Below, in pieces: positions 8,331-18,874 of a stretch of 64,000 nucleotides of DNA (position 1 is its first letter; the number at the start of each line of letters is the position of its first letter). The position numbers and the translations under genes are program-made. The notes under the pieces are model-generated. The model made no database searches, was not told the DNA's origin, and worked only from the letters and a program-made list of their open reading frames with translations. Origin of the DNA: Halorutilales archaeon Cl-col2-1 (GTDB taxonomy: Archaea; Halobacteriota; Halobacteria; Halobacteriales; Afararchaeaceae); the NCBI GenBank assembly GCA_041891055.1, contig CP169074.1, positions 32,001-96,000 on the forward strand. Direction: 5' to 3'.

Positions 8331-9953
8331 TTATGCCTCTATCCTGGCACCGTGTTTTCTTTCGAGCGCTGCCTCCACGAGCCCTACGAATACGGGGCTC
8401 GGCTTACCCGGACGTGACTTGAACTCGGGGTGGAACTGTGTGCCGACGAAGTAGGGGTGTTCGTCCTGTGGGAGTTCGAGTATCTCCATACGGCTGTTCG
8501 AACGTCCCGAGAAGACGAGACCGTTTTCCTCTAAGACGTCTATGTACTCGGGGTTGACCTCGAACCTGTGTCTGTGTCTCTCGCTCACCGACCTCGCGCC
8601 GTAGAGGCTGTGTGCGAGGCTGTCCTCGTCTATCTGAGTTTCTTTTTCGCCGAGACGCATCGTTCCTCCCATATCCTCGACGTCGTACTGTTCGGGGAGT
8701 ATGTCTATCACGGGATTCGGAGTCTCCTCGTCTATCTCTGTCGAGTGTGCACCGTCTAAGCCGACGACGTTACGTGCGTACTCGACGACAGCCATCTGGA
8801 AGCCGAAACACAGTCCTAAGAAGGGAACACCGTTCTCACGCGCGTACTTCACGGCGTTGACCTTGCCCTCTGTTCCTCTCTCGCCGAACCCTCCGGGAAC
8901 TATCAGACCGTCGACTTGACGTAGCTTCCTCCTGTCTTCCTCCTCCATGTCCTCGGTGTTGACCCAGAGAACCTCCGTCTCGACGTTGTGTCTCAGACCC
9001 GCGTGTTTGAGAGCCTCGTGTACGGAGAGGTAGGCGTCCTCGAACTCATACTTCCCCGCGAGGGCGATCTTGACAGTCTCGTCGGTCTCCTGTGTCACCG
9101 TCTCGCGCCAGTCTGTGTTCATCTCGTCGGCTTCCGACTCCAGACTGAGCTCCGACATCACGTACTCGTCCATTCCCTCGTCCTCAAGCGTGAGGGGAAC
9201 GTGATAGATGTCATCGACATCCGGCGTGCTTACGACTGCGTCGGTCGGTACGTCACAGAAGAGACTGATCTTCTCGCGCGTCTCGTCTTCGAGCTTGTCC
9301 TCCGATCGTCCCACGACTATGTTGGGATGGAGACCCAGCTCCCTCAGCTCCTTCACGCTGTGCTGAGTCGGCTTAGTCTTCTGTTCGCCGTTGTTAGTGA
9401 GAGGAACCAGAGTTACGTGGACGAGTAGGAAGTCGTCTTCGTCCTCCTCGTTGTGCATCTGTCTCACCGACTCAAGGAAAGGCATTCCTTCTATGTCTCC
9501 GACTGTTCCGCCGAGCTCTATTATACAGATGTCCTCATCGTCTCCCGCTTCACGTATACGTCTCTTTATGTCGTCGGTGATATGCGGAATTATCTGTACG
9601 GTCTTCCCGAGGTAGTCCCCCGACCTCTCACGGTCTATGACGTTGCTGTAGACCTTCCCAGTCGTGACGTTGTGGTCGAAGGTCATGTCGATATCGAGGA
9701 ACCTCTCGTAGTTGCCGAGATCGAGGTCGACCTCTCCGCCGTCCTTGAGGACATAGACCTCACCGTGTTCGTACGGGTTCATAGTCCCGGCGTCGACGTT
9801 GAGATAAGGATCGATCTTGACCGCGGTCACGTCGAAGCCACGGTTCTTGAGAAGCCTCCCCAACGACGCCGCAGTGATGCCCTTCCCGAGTCCGGACATC
9901 ACACCTCCGGTCACGAATATAAACTTAGTATCAGTATCAGACTCCTTCGGCAT
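8331..9953 (-). CDS. pyrG: CTP synthase
   Basis: [47 protein letters not shown]. Confidence 0.98.
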   Translation of the reverse strand: MPKESDTDTKFIFVTGGVMSGLGKGITAASLGRLLKNRGFDVTAVKIDPYLNVDAGTMNPYEHGEVYVLKDGGEVDLDLGNYERFLDIDMTFDHNVTTGKVYSNVIDRERSGDYLGKTVQIIPHITDDIKRRIREAGDDEDICIIELGGTVGDIEGMPFLESVRQMHNEEDEDDFLLVHVTLVPLTNNGEQKTKPTQHSVKELRELGLHPNIVVGRSEDKLEDETREKISLFCDVPTDAVVSTPDVDDIYHVPLTLEDEGMDEYVMSELSLESEADEMNTDWRETVTQETDETVKIALAGKYEFEDAYLSVHEALKHAGLRHNVETEVLWVNTEDMEEEDRRKLRQVDGLIVPGGFGERGTEGKVNAVKYARENGVPFLGLCFGFQMAVVEYARNVVGLDGAHSTEIDEETPNPVIDILPEQYDVEDMGGTMRLGEKETQIDEDSLAHSLYGARSVSERHRHRFEVNPEYIDVLEENGLVFSGRSNSRMEILELPQDEHPYFVGTQFHPEFKSRPGKPSPVFVGLVEAALERKHGARIEA

Positions 9954-10032
9954 ACTATCTGTAGGGAAAACCGGTTGAAAACTGTTGCTACTGGACTGGA
10001 ATACGCGAAATGTTGACGTATATGTGAGTGAG

Positions 10033-10479
10033 TCAGAACTCGTCTTCCGAAATCCGTGTCACAGTCACGTCGTCGGTGTCGTAGAGGTCGTACTCGGGAG
10101 GCTCCTCCTTGCCGTATACCGGCTCACGCAGTTCTCCGTCGACCACGCCTCTCACGAGGTAGTACTCCGTCGTATCCTCGGGATCGACATCCCTCTCGTA
10201 GAGCTTCCGCGCGAGAGACCGCGAGAGCCACTCGTGGGTGCTCACGCTCGGCTCCAGAACCTCGGAGAATCGCGCGTACCTCGTGAGGTACCAGTCGAGA
10301 TCGTTGAGAGACGCGAGTGCACCTCCGAGAGAAGACGTGCGGTATACGACCGAGTTACGTATCTCTACCTCAGACTCGACGCGGTCATACGACGAGAGTG
10401 CCTCGCGTGCGGTCTCACTCGTGACTAACTCATACTCCAGACTGACGTCCTCCCTTCCTATTATACGTACGCGTGTCAT
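10033..10479 (-). CDS. DUF5804-like conserved archaeal protein
   Basis: [14 protein letters not shown]...[19 protein letters not shown]...[15 protein letters not shown]. Confidence 0.65.
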   Translation of the reverse strand: MTRVRIIGREDVSLEYELVTSETAREALSSYDRVESEVEIRNSVVYRTSSLGGALASLNDLDWYLTRYARFSEVLEPSVSTHEWLSRSLARKLYERDVDPEDTTEYYLVRGVVDGELREPVYGKEEPPEYDLYDTDDVTVTRISEDEF

Positions 10480-10480
10480 C

Positions 10481-11710
10481 TCAGTCCCGTCTCACGCGAA
10501 CTTTCTCCGCTCTCTCAACGGCGTCGGAGACGAGCAACCCAACATCGGTGCTTAGACTCTTTTCCTTCTCACGTACCTTTTCGAGGTCGGCGTGTGTCGT
10601 CGGATGGTGGGGGGCGAGCGACGCACATCCCTCGTCTATGTCGACTGTCGGATACGTTCCTATCACCCTCGCCTTCGCCGTAATCTCGGTCTTGTCACTT
10701 CCGAAGAGTGGTCTGTGTACGGGCATACCGACCGCCTCCGAGGTCACACGGAGGTTTCTCGCCGTCTGGCTCGACTTCTGCCCTAGCGACTCCCCTGTGA
10801 CGATACCCTCGGCGTCCTCCTTCTTAGCTATCGCCTCGGCGATCCTCAGCATGATTCTCCTGTAGATGATCATCCTGTCACGTTCGACCTCGTCGAAAAG
10901 CTGTAGGAGTATCTCGTCGGTCGGGACTCTCCAGATCTCGTCGACGTCGGGAGCGTACCTCGACAGAGACTCTACGGCGAGACGCGCCCTCTCGAAATGG
11001 TCTTCGCCTACGAGGGGGTCGAGGTCGAGGTATATAGGCACGAGGCTCGAACCCCGTCTCAGACTGTACCAAGCCGCGACGGGCGAGTCTATTCCGCCGC
11101 TTACCAAGCCGACTGTCCGTCCCTGTGATCCCACGGGAAGACCGCCGACACCCTCCATCTCCTCGACGTAGACGTAAGCCGCGTCTTCGCGCGCCTCTAC
11201 GCCTACCGAGAGGTCGGGATCATCGAGGTCGACCTCAGGCGCGTCTATCGCTTCCCAGACCGCGTCTCCTATCTTCCGTCCCATATCCTCGCTGTCGAAC
11301 GAGTGGTCGCCTGCCGACCTCGGACGTACTGCGAACTTCCCCGAGTCGAATCCGACTGCCTTTACGAGGCTCACCGCGGCGCCCTCCATCTCGTCCATCT
11401 CTGGGGATACGCGTCTTGCGGGAGAAGTCCTCACGACACCGAAGACGTCGGCTACCGCCTCAGCTGCGTCTACGACGTTATCGGAGTCTACGAAGAGACG
11501 CCCCCACTCGACCTCTATTCCGTTGTACTCAATCTCTCTGTCGTCGAGCGTGAGACGTATTCTGTCGGCTAAGAGACGCTGGAGACGTGACCTCACTGAG
11601 CTACTCTTGTTGCCTACCTCTCCGTAACGCACGAGGACTGTGTCGTACAGAGCCTCGGCTTCGACGTCTTGGGTCTCCTCGGCGTCGTTTCGTTTCGTGT
11701 CGGCTCTCAT
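10481..11710 (-). CDS. thiI: tRNA 4-thiouridine sulfurtransferase ThiI (THUMP + PP-loop)
   Basis: LVRYGEVGNKS, THUMP region, GGLPVGSQG, LVSGGIDSPVA, TGESLGQKSSQT. Confidence 0.92.
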   Translation of the reverse strand: MRADTKRNDAEETQDVEAEALYDTVLVRYGEVGNKSSSVRSRLQRLLADRIRLTLDDREIEYNGIEVEWGRLFVDSDNVVDAAEAVADVFGVVRTSPARRVSPEMDEMEGAAVSLVKAVGFDSGKFAVRPRSAGDHSFDSEDMGRKIGDAVWEAIDAPEVDLDDPDLSVGVEAREDAAYVYVEEMEGVGGLPVGSQGRTVGLVSGGIDSPVAAWYSLRRGSSLVPIYLDLDPLVGEDHFERARLAVESLSRYAPDVDEIWRVPTDEILLQLFDEVERDRMIIYRRIMLRIAEAIAKKEDAEGIVTGESLGQKSSQTARNLRVTSEAVGMPVHRPLFGSDKTEITAKARVIGTYPTVDIDEGCASLAPHHPTTHADLEKVREKEKSLSTDVGLLVSDAVERAEKVRVRRD

Positions 11711-11747
11711 CTGTGAAAAGATACGGTTGAGACTCTTTTAACTCTGG

Positions 11748-13004
11748 CTAGAAAGTCGACATCTCGCCGTGTATTATGTCACGTGTGAGGTCAGTCACAT
11801 TTTCGAGGGCGTCGTCTGTGATCGACTCTATCTCGTACTCGACGTCGGAGAGTTCGACGCCTTCCTCTGTCTGAACCTGGAGACCGGCTATCTGTGGCTC
11901 GTCTATCGGCTTTCCTATCTGTGACAGGAGCTTTACCCTCAGGTCTTCTATGCCGTCGACCTCGTCGACGACCTTCCTCGCTATACGTATCGAGAGGAGG
12001 TTGTAGATCTTGCCTATGTGGTTGACGGGGTTCTTTCCGCTCGTGGCTTCGAGGCTCATGTTCCTACTCGGGGTTATGAGACCGTTGGCGCGGTTGCCCC
12101 TTCCGACGCTTCCGTCGTCTCCCATCTCCGCGCTCGTTCCCGTCTCTGTGAGGTAGAAAGTCCCCTCGTCCCGAGGACTCTTTGAGTCCTCGTGTGCACG
12201 CGAATCTTCAGATTCGCGAACGTCGTAGTCGTCGGCGGTGTTGACTGCGACGTTGAGGTCTCTGTCAGTGTGTTTCTCGGCTGTCGAGGCAACGAACTCC
12301 CTCACGTCCTCCATCACGCTGATATACTCGTCGGCGTCCTCGACGTACTCCGAGACCGTCGCCGCCGCGACCGTGAGATCTAACGTCTCGCCCTCGCGTT
12401 TCCCCATCACTTTGACGTCCTCTCCCACCGCGGGAATCTCGTGTCTCAGGTCTTCGTAGATCTGTGTCTCGGTCTCGTAGACTACCTTCTCGGTCTCGGA
12501 GAAGGGCGCGTGACCCACTCCGAACGAGGTGTCGTTTGCCTTCGGAACCGCACCGTCCTCGAGCTTGAAGACGTCCTTGAGATCTGTCGACCCCTCGCCC
12601 ATACGTACGTCGACGACGACCTCGGATTCAAGGTCGATATTCTGGAGAGTGTCGTCGATATAGTCGCGTGCCGCCTTGACAGCGAGGGTGTCGGTGGGTA
12701 TCGCCTCGCCCTCGAACTCCTTAGTCGCCCTTCCGACTATCAGGACGTAGATCGGCTCGACGACCTCACCGCCACCGAAGTCGGGCTGGCTCCGTCCTGC
12801 GACCAACTGACACTCATCTGTGTTGTGGTGGAGGACAGCACCGAACCTGTCGAGGTACTCCTGAGACAGCGCGCGCATCACCGACTCCGCAATGCCGTCA
12901 CAGATAGAGTCGGGATGTCCCATTCCCTTTCTCTCGGCGAGCTCGATCCTCTGTTGATCCACAGGGATCTCGTCGAGAGACTCCACTCTTATATTACGCT
13001 CCAT
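11748..13004 (-). CDS. mat: Archaeal S-adenosylmethionine synthetase, carrying an 18-aa in-frame insertion
   Basis: [54 protein letters not shown]; likely start ATG 13004. Confidence 0.95.
   Translation of the reverse strand: MERNIRVESLDEIPVDQQRIELAERKGMGHPDSICDGIAESVMRALSQEYLDRFGAVLHHNTDECQLVAGRSQPDFGGGEVVEPIYVLIVGRATKEFEGEAIPTDTLAVKAARDYIDDTLQNIDLESEVVVDVRMGEGSTDLKDVFKLEDGAVPKANDTSFGVGHAPFSETEKVVYETETQIYEDLRHEIPAVGEDVKVMGKREGETLDLTVAAATVSEYVEDADEYISVMEDVREFVASTAEKHTDRDLNVAVNTADDYDVRESEDSRAHEDSKSPRDEGTFYLTETGTSAEMGDDGSVGRGNRANGLITPSRNMSLEATSGKNPVNHIGKIYNLLSIRIARKVVDEVDGIEDLRVKLLSQIGKPIDEPQIAGLQVQTEEGVELSDVEYEIESITDDALENVTDLTRDIIHGEMSTF
12168..12221 (+). repeat. 54-bp twin-hairpin element inserted in frame within mat
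   Basis: CGTC C CGAGGACTC TTT GAGTCCTCG TGTGCA CGCGAATC TTCA GATTCGCG AA CGTC; encodes [18 protein letters not shown] on the minus strand. Confidence 0.88.
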
Positions 13005-13101
13005 ACACAGAGTCGTCGCCGGCTGATCTAATAACTTCTGATCACATCTCCCGACGTGGGTTAAAGTTATGAGTATAGACTCCTCTAACATAACCTAACG
13101 C

Positions 13102-13776
13102 ATGGCGCGCTCCGACGAGGCAGAGGACTCGATAGTCCCCGAGGGGTACGTCGAGCCCGAGATCTCGACCCCCGAGGACGACGACCTCGACGAGGACATG
13201 GCTAAGACCCCTGACGAGATCAAACACGACGTCGAGAAGATCGACGACAGCCGTAATCTCGTCCGTCTTAACGAGAGCCAGGAAGACGAGGTGGTCACAT
13301 CTCCCCGTCAGAAAAAGAGCCGGGGTCACGGACGTGACCGTCCCAACCCCAAAACAGAGTCATCTAAGCCCAAACGCTCGTTGGAGACTGCTGTCGAACC
13401 CTCGGAGTCCGTCGACGAATCCGATGGAATAGACAGTAAGCTACGTGAGGCTCTTGAGGACAGGCACGACAACGCCTTCTACGTCGGAGTAAAGAGAGAG
13501 GGCGAGATAGAGATACTCGACTCAGACGTCGACTCCTCCGATGAAATAATCCGGGAGGTCTTCACCCAGTACGTAAGATACGAGTACGAGTCGGACGGCG
13601 GGTCGTATGAGGAGACCGCGTACGACAACCTTTCGAGGCTTCCCGTCTCGCCGCGTCTCACACCCCTCGACGTCTTCAAGATAATAAAGTCATACGACGT
13701 CTCGCCCGACGACACAGTCATGGATCTCATAGAAGAGGTCGAGAAGGGCGGAAGCAGACGTCTCGATGAACTTTAG
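13102..13776 (+). CDS. Hypothetical acidic protein
   Basis: 224-aa acidic ORF with host-like codon usage, divergent from mat; no family recognised. Confidence 0.6.
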   Translation: MARSDEAEDSIVPEGYVEPEISTPEDDDLDEDMAKTPDEIKHDVEKIDDSRNLVRLNESQEDEVVTSPRQKKSRGHGRDRPNPKTESSKPKRSLETAVEPSESVDESDGIDSKLREALEDRHDNAFYVGVKREGEIEILDSDVDSSDEIIREVFTQYVRYEYESDGGSYEETAYDNLSRLPVSPRLTPLDVFKIIKSYDVSPDDTVMDLIEEVEKGGSRRLDEL

Positions 13777-15729
13777 TTATCCTATCTTCCTGTCCTCGAC
13801 TCCCGAGATGTCGGGGGCACCCTCGGCGCCCTCCTTGAGGGGAGCCTCGCCGAACTTCTTCTTGAGTTCGTAGAGGACTTCCTCTCTCATTCCCTCGGCG
13901 AACTTTATCGAGCCTACGACGAGATGTCCTCCTCCGTCGACACCCGCTCCTCTGATCTCGTCCTTGAGTTCGTCGACTATCTGGGGTATGTCTATGCCGA
14001 CGCCGTGTCCTCTTATGACACAGAAGTCGGGTCCGTATCCTATCGTAATTACAGGATCGTCTGTCTCGTCGACCTTCGTGTCGTGTATCTCTCCCGTCGT
14101 CTTGCCGGGTCCGGGGAAGGTGAACTTGTGGGCGTACTTCTCGACGTTTATGGTGTAGAGACGCGCGCCGTTTTCGAGCCTCTCCTCCTGTACGTGGGGC
14201 ATCGCGGTCGATATCTGTCTCTCGAATGCCTCGTCGGCGCGTTGGTTGAGCTTCTCGACGAGTTCGTCGTGTACGTAATTGTCGCTCACGTCGAGTATGT
14301 CGTTGACGAGATGCCTCCCCTCGTCGTACTTGAGCCAGAACGCCTCGTAGTCGAGAGCATCAGCGACGTCCTCTAAGTGACCCTCTTCATAACCCTCTTC
14401 GACTGCCATCTCGACGTAGTCTTCCATCTCTTCAGCCTCCGACCTGTCGCCCTTGCCCGACACAGCCGGAACGTGGCGTACTTCGTCCTCGACATCGGGG
14501 TTGACGAGACGTGCTAGTTCGGTACACAGCATCCCCGAGGTTATCGAGTAGTCCTCTTCTATGAGGTAGGGGTTGACGTGTTCCTCGACGAGAGGGTCTA
14601 CCGAGTCGGGGTCGGGGAAATGGTGGTCGACTATGTAGATCGGAATGTCGTAGGTTCTCGCTATCTCGTACGCCGGAGTATCCTCCTCGGTCGATCCGTT
14701 GTCGAGCATCACGAGTATAGGCATCGAGTGACCGTGTCTATTGACGTCCTTGAGGGCGTAGTTGAGGTCACGCGTGACGTCCTCCATCTCGTAGAAGGGC
14801 GCCTTGCTCGGCGACCGCGAGAAGAGATGGTACTTCGCCTCGGGGTCGTCGTTGACCTCGTCTATCATAGAAGTCACAGCCCTCTCGACTACGACTCCGC
14901 TCGATATACCGTCGGCGTCGGCGTGGTGTCTGACTATTATCGGACGGTTGGTGAGAACAGCCTTCCTTATCGCCTTAGCTACGTTTCTGAGTCCCGGGTA
15001 GAGACTGTCTATGCTGTCGGCGTCTATGAGAGGCTCTATCTCGGGAGGCTCAGCCTTCTCGTCGAGACTCGCCTGTATTCTCTCCTCGACCTCGTCTCTC
15101 TCGTCGCCTTCGAGCTCTGTCATTTCGTCTACTTCTATCTGGAGGTCGCCGTCACGTGTCTCGACCTCTCCTCTTATACGTACGAAGTCGTCTGTCTCTA
15201 TCTCGGGATATGCACGTACACCCGCTTCGACGAACGCCGCGGTGTCGACTGTCCCCGTCTCGTCGGTGACCGTGAAGATAGTGGGACCTCCCGTCTGTTT
15301 CGTACGGACGACCTCACCCTCGACGTAGACCGACTCACCTATCCTGTCGCTGAGACTACCTATCTCCGCCCTCGTCGTCTCACACTCTATCTCGGCGTCG
15401 TTGTAGTCATGCATGAAAACGGGACGCAGATCTATGTCTCCGTTGTCCTTTATCTCCGAGACACGTACCTTGACCTCATCTCCGACTTCGAGACTCTCCG
15501 AGAGGTTCGACTCGTGTATCAGACCGCTTATGTCGTCGTTGAGGTCGACAAAGACACCGTAGTCGACCACACCGTTGACCTCACCCTCGTAGACCTTTCC
15601 CTCGTCTACCTCGTCTAATCCACACGAGTCGCCGAGATGGTACAGAACAGGTGTGCCCTCGTGCTCGCTACACAGGTCACCGCCATCCTCAACTTTCTTT
15701 CCGCAGACATCGCATCTAGATTCGTTCAT
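13777..15729 (-). CDS. RecJ-like DHH exonuclease with S1 and OB domains (haloarchaeal RecJ3/4 type)
   Basis: S1 motif YGVFVDL...GLIHESNL, OB fold QTGGPTIF, HHADADG, LDNGST, VDHH, GGGH. Confidence 0.88.
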   Translation of the reverse strand: MNESRCDVCGKKVEDGGDLCSEHEGTPVLYHLGDSCGLDEVDEGKVYEGEVNGVVDYGVFVDLNDDISGLIHESNLSESLEVGDEVKVRVSEIKDNGDIDLRPVFMHDYNDAEIECETTRAEIGSLSDRIGESVYVEGEVVRTKQTGGPTIFTVTDETGTVDTAAFVEAGVRAYPEIETDDFVRIRGEVETRDGDLQIEVDEMTELEGDERDEVEERIQASLDEKAEPPEIEPLIDADSIDSLYPGLRNVAKAIRKAVLTNRPIIVRHHADADGISSGVVVERAVTSMIDEVNDDPEAKYHLFSRSPSKAPFYEMEDVTRDLNYALKDVNRHGHSMPILVMLDNGSTEEDTPAYEIARTYDIPIYIVDHHFPDPDSVDPLVEEHVNPYLIEEDYSITSGMLCTELARLVNPDVEDEVRHVPAVSGKGDRSEAEEMEDYVEMAVEEGYEEGHLEDVADALDYEAFWLKYDEGRHLVNDILDVSDNYVHDELVEKLNQRADEAFERQISTAMPHVQEERLENGARLYTINVEKYAHKFTFPGPGKTTGEIHDTKVDETDDPVITIGYGPDFCVIRGHGVGIDIPQIVDELKDEIRGAGVDGGGHLVVGSIKFAEGMREEVLYELKKKFGEAPLKEGAEGAPDISGVEDRKIG

Positions 15730-15843
15730 CGCTTACGCGACCTTTGTTATAGAGTCTAAAGGCTGTTCGGGTTTTGGTTCACGATAGATATACCGTCAAA
15801 AGACTGCTAAAAGTAAAGTATCTTTGCGCCCGATGTACAAGGT

Positions 15844-16308
15844 ATGAGCAACCAGGAGATAGACGACGTCGACAGGGCTATTCTGTACGCGTTACAGGAG
15901 GACGCCCGAAACACCTCGTCAGGGGATATCGCCGAACGGACGGGTACCTCCGACAGCACTGTCCGCAAACGCATACAGAAACTCGAGTCCGAAGAAGTCA
16001 TCAAAGGATACAGTGCCGAAATCGACTACCAGAAGTCGGGCTATCCCCTCCGCATGATGCTGTTCTGTACGGCGTCGATCCCCGAGCGCGGCGACCTCAT
16101 ATCCGAAGTACTCGAAATAGACGGCGTGGTGTCAGTCCAGGAGCTAGTCACGGGTGACGAGAACCTTCTAGTTACTGCTGTCGGGGAGAACGACAGCGAC
16201 ATCACACCGATCGCCCAGGAGCTCCTCGACATGGGTGTGACGGTAGCCGACGAGGTACTCGTCCGGAGTCACGAAACCACTCCTTTTGGCGGGTTCGACA
16301 CCGAATAG
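15844..16308 (+). CDS. Lrp/AsnC family transcriptional regulator
   Basis: IDDVDRAILYALQEDAR...IAERTGTSDSTVRKRIQKLESEEVIKGY HTH. Confidence 0.93.
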   Translation: MSNQEIDDVDRAILYALQEDARNTSSGDIAERTGTSDSTVRKRIQKLESEEVIKGYSAEIDYQKSGYPLRMMLFCTASIPERGDLISEVLEIDGVVSVQELVTGDENLLVTAVGENDSDITPIAQELLDMGVTVADEVLVRSHETTPFGGFDTE

Positions 16309-16516
16309 GTGAGACTCAACTCGGAACTCGGAGGGTTCAGAATCACCTTTCCTGACCACAGTCAGAGACTGGGATAACGATGTATTTATCAGACAGGAGA
16401 ATACGAACAATCCGGTAATATTTTAGACATCAAAGACCAACCTGTTTGTAAGTGACAGCAGTGAACCGTAGTGGCAGACTGTACCCACGTCGACAGACGG
16501 AGGTCGACTCTCAGTA

Positions 16517-17197
16517 ATGACGGAGGAAGCAATAGAGTCGGTGGTTAAGTCAGTCCAGGATAACCTTAGCCCTGAAGAGGGGTACGTACACAACTCTGAT
16601 TCACAGACTGCTCATATAGTCACGTGTATGATGGAGAACCGTGAACACGGTGAGCCGCCTTGGCCCATCGAAGTTCCGTGGCGCGTCTTCGGCGTCGAGA
16701 CAGTCGGCAACCAAGTACGGGAGAAGTGCGGTAACAAAACGGCTCTTGACAGTAGTCTCCTACATCTCACATCTCAGCACGACTTCACAGCCGTGGTCGT
16801 CGTCGGTCACACTGACTGTGAGGCTGTCAAGGACGCCTACGAGTACTGGGTTTCCCCCTCCTCAGAGCCACCCGCGGGGATCGAATCGCGCCTAAAGCCA
16901 CTCGTCTCGGTAGTCGATGACGCGTTCGATGAGGGCGTCTTCGAGGAATCGACCCCGCTACGAGCCGTACAGAGCAGACTCGTCGAGTACAACGTCGTGC
17001 GTCAGGTCTCGTTTCTCGAAGAACATATCCCAAACTCGACTACTACGGTCGGATACGTTTACGACGAGAACGGTGTCTACGGCTCGTTCCCAGACATGAA
17101 ATATATGGTTGCACTCGACGGCAGGAGCGATCCAACCGAGATCCGAGACCGCCTTCCGGAGGAGACCTCGGTTCGTGTCGCAAGCCTGATAGACTGA
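16517..17197 (+). CDS. Beta-carbonic anhydrase-like protein (degenerate CxDxR motif)
   Basis: VGNQV, VVVGHTDC (HxxC), LVEYNV..QV, GYVYD; first motif reads TCMMENR. Confidence 0.75.
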   Translation: MTEEAIESVVKSVQDNLSPEEGYVHNSDSQTAHIVTCMMENREHGEPPWPIEVPWRVFGVETVGNQVREKCGNKTALDSSLLHLTSQHDFTAVVVVGHTDCEAVKDAYEYWVSPSSEPPAGIESRLKPLVSVVDDAFDEGVFEESTPLRAVQSRLVEYNVVRQVSFLEEHIPNSTTTVGYVYDENGVYGSFPDMKYMVALDGRSDPTEIRDRLPEETSVRVASLID

Positions 17198-17383
17198 GTC
17201 GGCGCTACACTCATCTAAAAACCGTAATGTTCAACAAACCATACTTTAGGGAACGTTCTGGTAATATAGGTAACTTTAATAGGCACTTTGTTCGTACTAG
17301 CATGTAGAGACTACCGATGGCTGTAGTCACGGCTTACTAGCCCGTCTCGACAGTCGTCGGTCACAGGCAGGTCAAACAAAAAT

Positions 17384-18874
17384 ATGTCAGGACAAGAACA
17401 GACGACTACGGTTGGACAGCTTCCGACTCCGAGTACTGAGGAACCACGTCTTCCTACGGTACTGACGAGGCTCGTGTGGCTTCTCTGGATACTGAGCTGT
17501 GGCGCTCTCGCCGCCTATCTCTGGAACTGGAGCGGAGAAGCTTGGGAAGTAGCGGGACTCGTGCGCGTCGATGGACTTACAGTAGTGATGTGGACGACGG
17601 TCACCTTCTTCAGCGGCATCGTCCACAGCTACTCGCGGCGGTACATGTCAGGGAGCCGGAGCATAGACAGCTTCTTCCGCCGTGTCTTCGGCTTCACGGT
17701 CGCTGTGATGGTGTTGGTCGCGGCTGACAGCTTCGTCTTGTTCGGGGCTAGCTGGCTCGCGATGGGACTCGTTATGTCTCAGCTAATCGGACAGTTCGAC
17801 GGCTGGCAACAGGCACGTTCGGCGGGTTCGCTCGCACGCCGGTACTTCGTCGGTAGTACGGCGTTACTCGGGGTCGGACTCGTGACAGTCTGGTTGTTCA
17901 CCGGAGTGGCAACAGTCTCTGGGGTCGCCTCTGCTGTCGAGAAGACTTCTTCGACGGTGTTACTCTTCGCGGCTACTGCGCTCGTGTTAGCCGCTATGGT
18001 TCAGTCGGCACTGATTCCGTTCCACACGTGGCTGCTCTCGTCGATGACAGCACCCACACCTGCCTCGGCGCTGATGCACGCGGGCTTCGTCAACGCGGGT
18101 GGAATTCTACTCACACGGTTCGCTCCCATAGTCACTGTCGACCCGGGATTCATGGTCGCGACAGTCGTCGTCGGAGCCGTGAGTGCTCTCGGAGGTAAGA
18201 TACTCAAGTCAGTCCAGACAGACTTCAAGAGCACTCTGGGATGTTCGACAGTCGGACAGATGGGATTCATGATAATGCAGGCAGGTCTCGGCTTCTTCGG
18301 GGCTGCAGTCACCCATCTCATAATACACGGCTTCTACAAGGCGTATCAGTTTCTCTCGTCGGGAGGCGAGGTCGAACACAAGAGCCCCAAGAAGTCGAAA
18401 CCCACCGGCTCGGTAGGATTTGTCGACACCGTCGTTGTTATCGCCACAGGACTCGCGGGCGGTGGGGTCTTCGCCGCGCTCACGGGCAAGGGAACCAAGC
18501 TCGACGGAGGCATAGTCTTAGCCCTCCTCGTCGTCCTGACAGTTCTACGTGCTTCCCTCGAAGTCGTTAGACACAGTTCGTTGTCAGCCAAGCTTCGGTA
18601 TGGCGTTCCGGTCATCGCACTCCCCGCTATCGGAGTCTATGCCGCGGTCTACCGAGTGATAGAGGGAGTACTCGCCGAACTCCCCGGTGTCGGTCAGCCA
18701 GCCGAACTGACACCGATCCATCTACTCGTCGCAGTCGCCTTCGTCGTCGTCTATGTCGGTATCGAGAGCGGCGTCCACAAGCGGAGCCACCGGCTCTACG
18801 TGGCGTTGCTAAACACGACACAGCCCCCGTCTGAAACCCTACTAACTTCGAAGGAGGAATACAATGAGTACTGA
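17384..18874 (+). CDS. dabB: DabB, NuoL/MrpA-like membrane subunit of the DAB inorganic carbon pump
   Basis: QSALIPFHTWLLSSMTAPTPASALMHAGFVNAGG, STVGQMGFM, HLIIHGFYKAYQFL; overlaps the DUF2309 gene. Confidence 0.88.
   Translation: MSGQEQTTTVGQLPTPSTEEPRLPTVLTRLVWLLWILSCGALAAYLWNWSGEAWEVAGLVRVDGLTVVMWTTVTFFSGIVHSYSRRYMSGSRSIDSFFRRVFGFTVAVMVLVAADSFVLFGASWLAMGLVMSQLIGQFDGWQQARSAGSLARRYFVGSTALLGVGLVTVWLFTGVATVSGVASAVEKTSSTVLLFAATALVLAAMVQSALIPFHTWLLSSMTAPTPASALMHAGFVNAGGILLTRFAPIVTVDPGFMVATVVVGAVSALGGKILKSVQTDFKSTLGCSTVGQMGFMIMQAGLGFFGAAVTHLIIHGFYKAYQFLSSGGEVEHKSPKKSKPTGSVGFVDTVVVIATGLAGGGVFAALTGKGTKLDGGIVLALLVVLTVLRASLEVVRHSSLSAKLRYGVPVIALPAIGVYAAVYRVIEGVLAELPGVGQPAELTPIHLLVAVAFVVVYVGIESGVHKRSHRLYVALLNTTQPPSETLLTSKEEYNEY

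Noticed and set aside
12168-12221. mat insert as an archaeal bulge-helix-bulge intron or an intein
   Set aside because: No BHB motif found by eye at the junctions, far too short for an intein, and it is in frame. RNA data would be needed to exclude splicing fully.
14578-15618. Long antisense ORFs (this 346-aa ORF, 56880-57818, 4939-5700 and similar)
   Set aside because: Shadow frames of well-supported genes, caused by GAC/GAG/GTC codon bias; Leu/Val/Ser-rich with no motifs.
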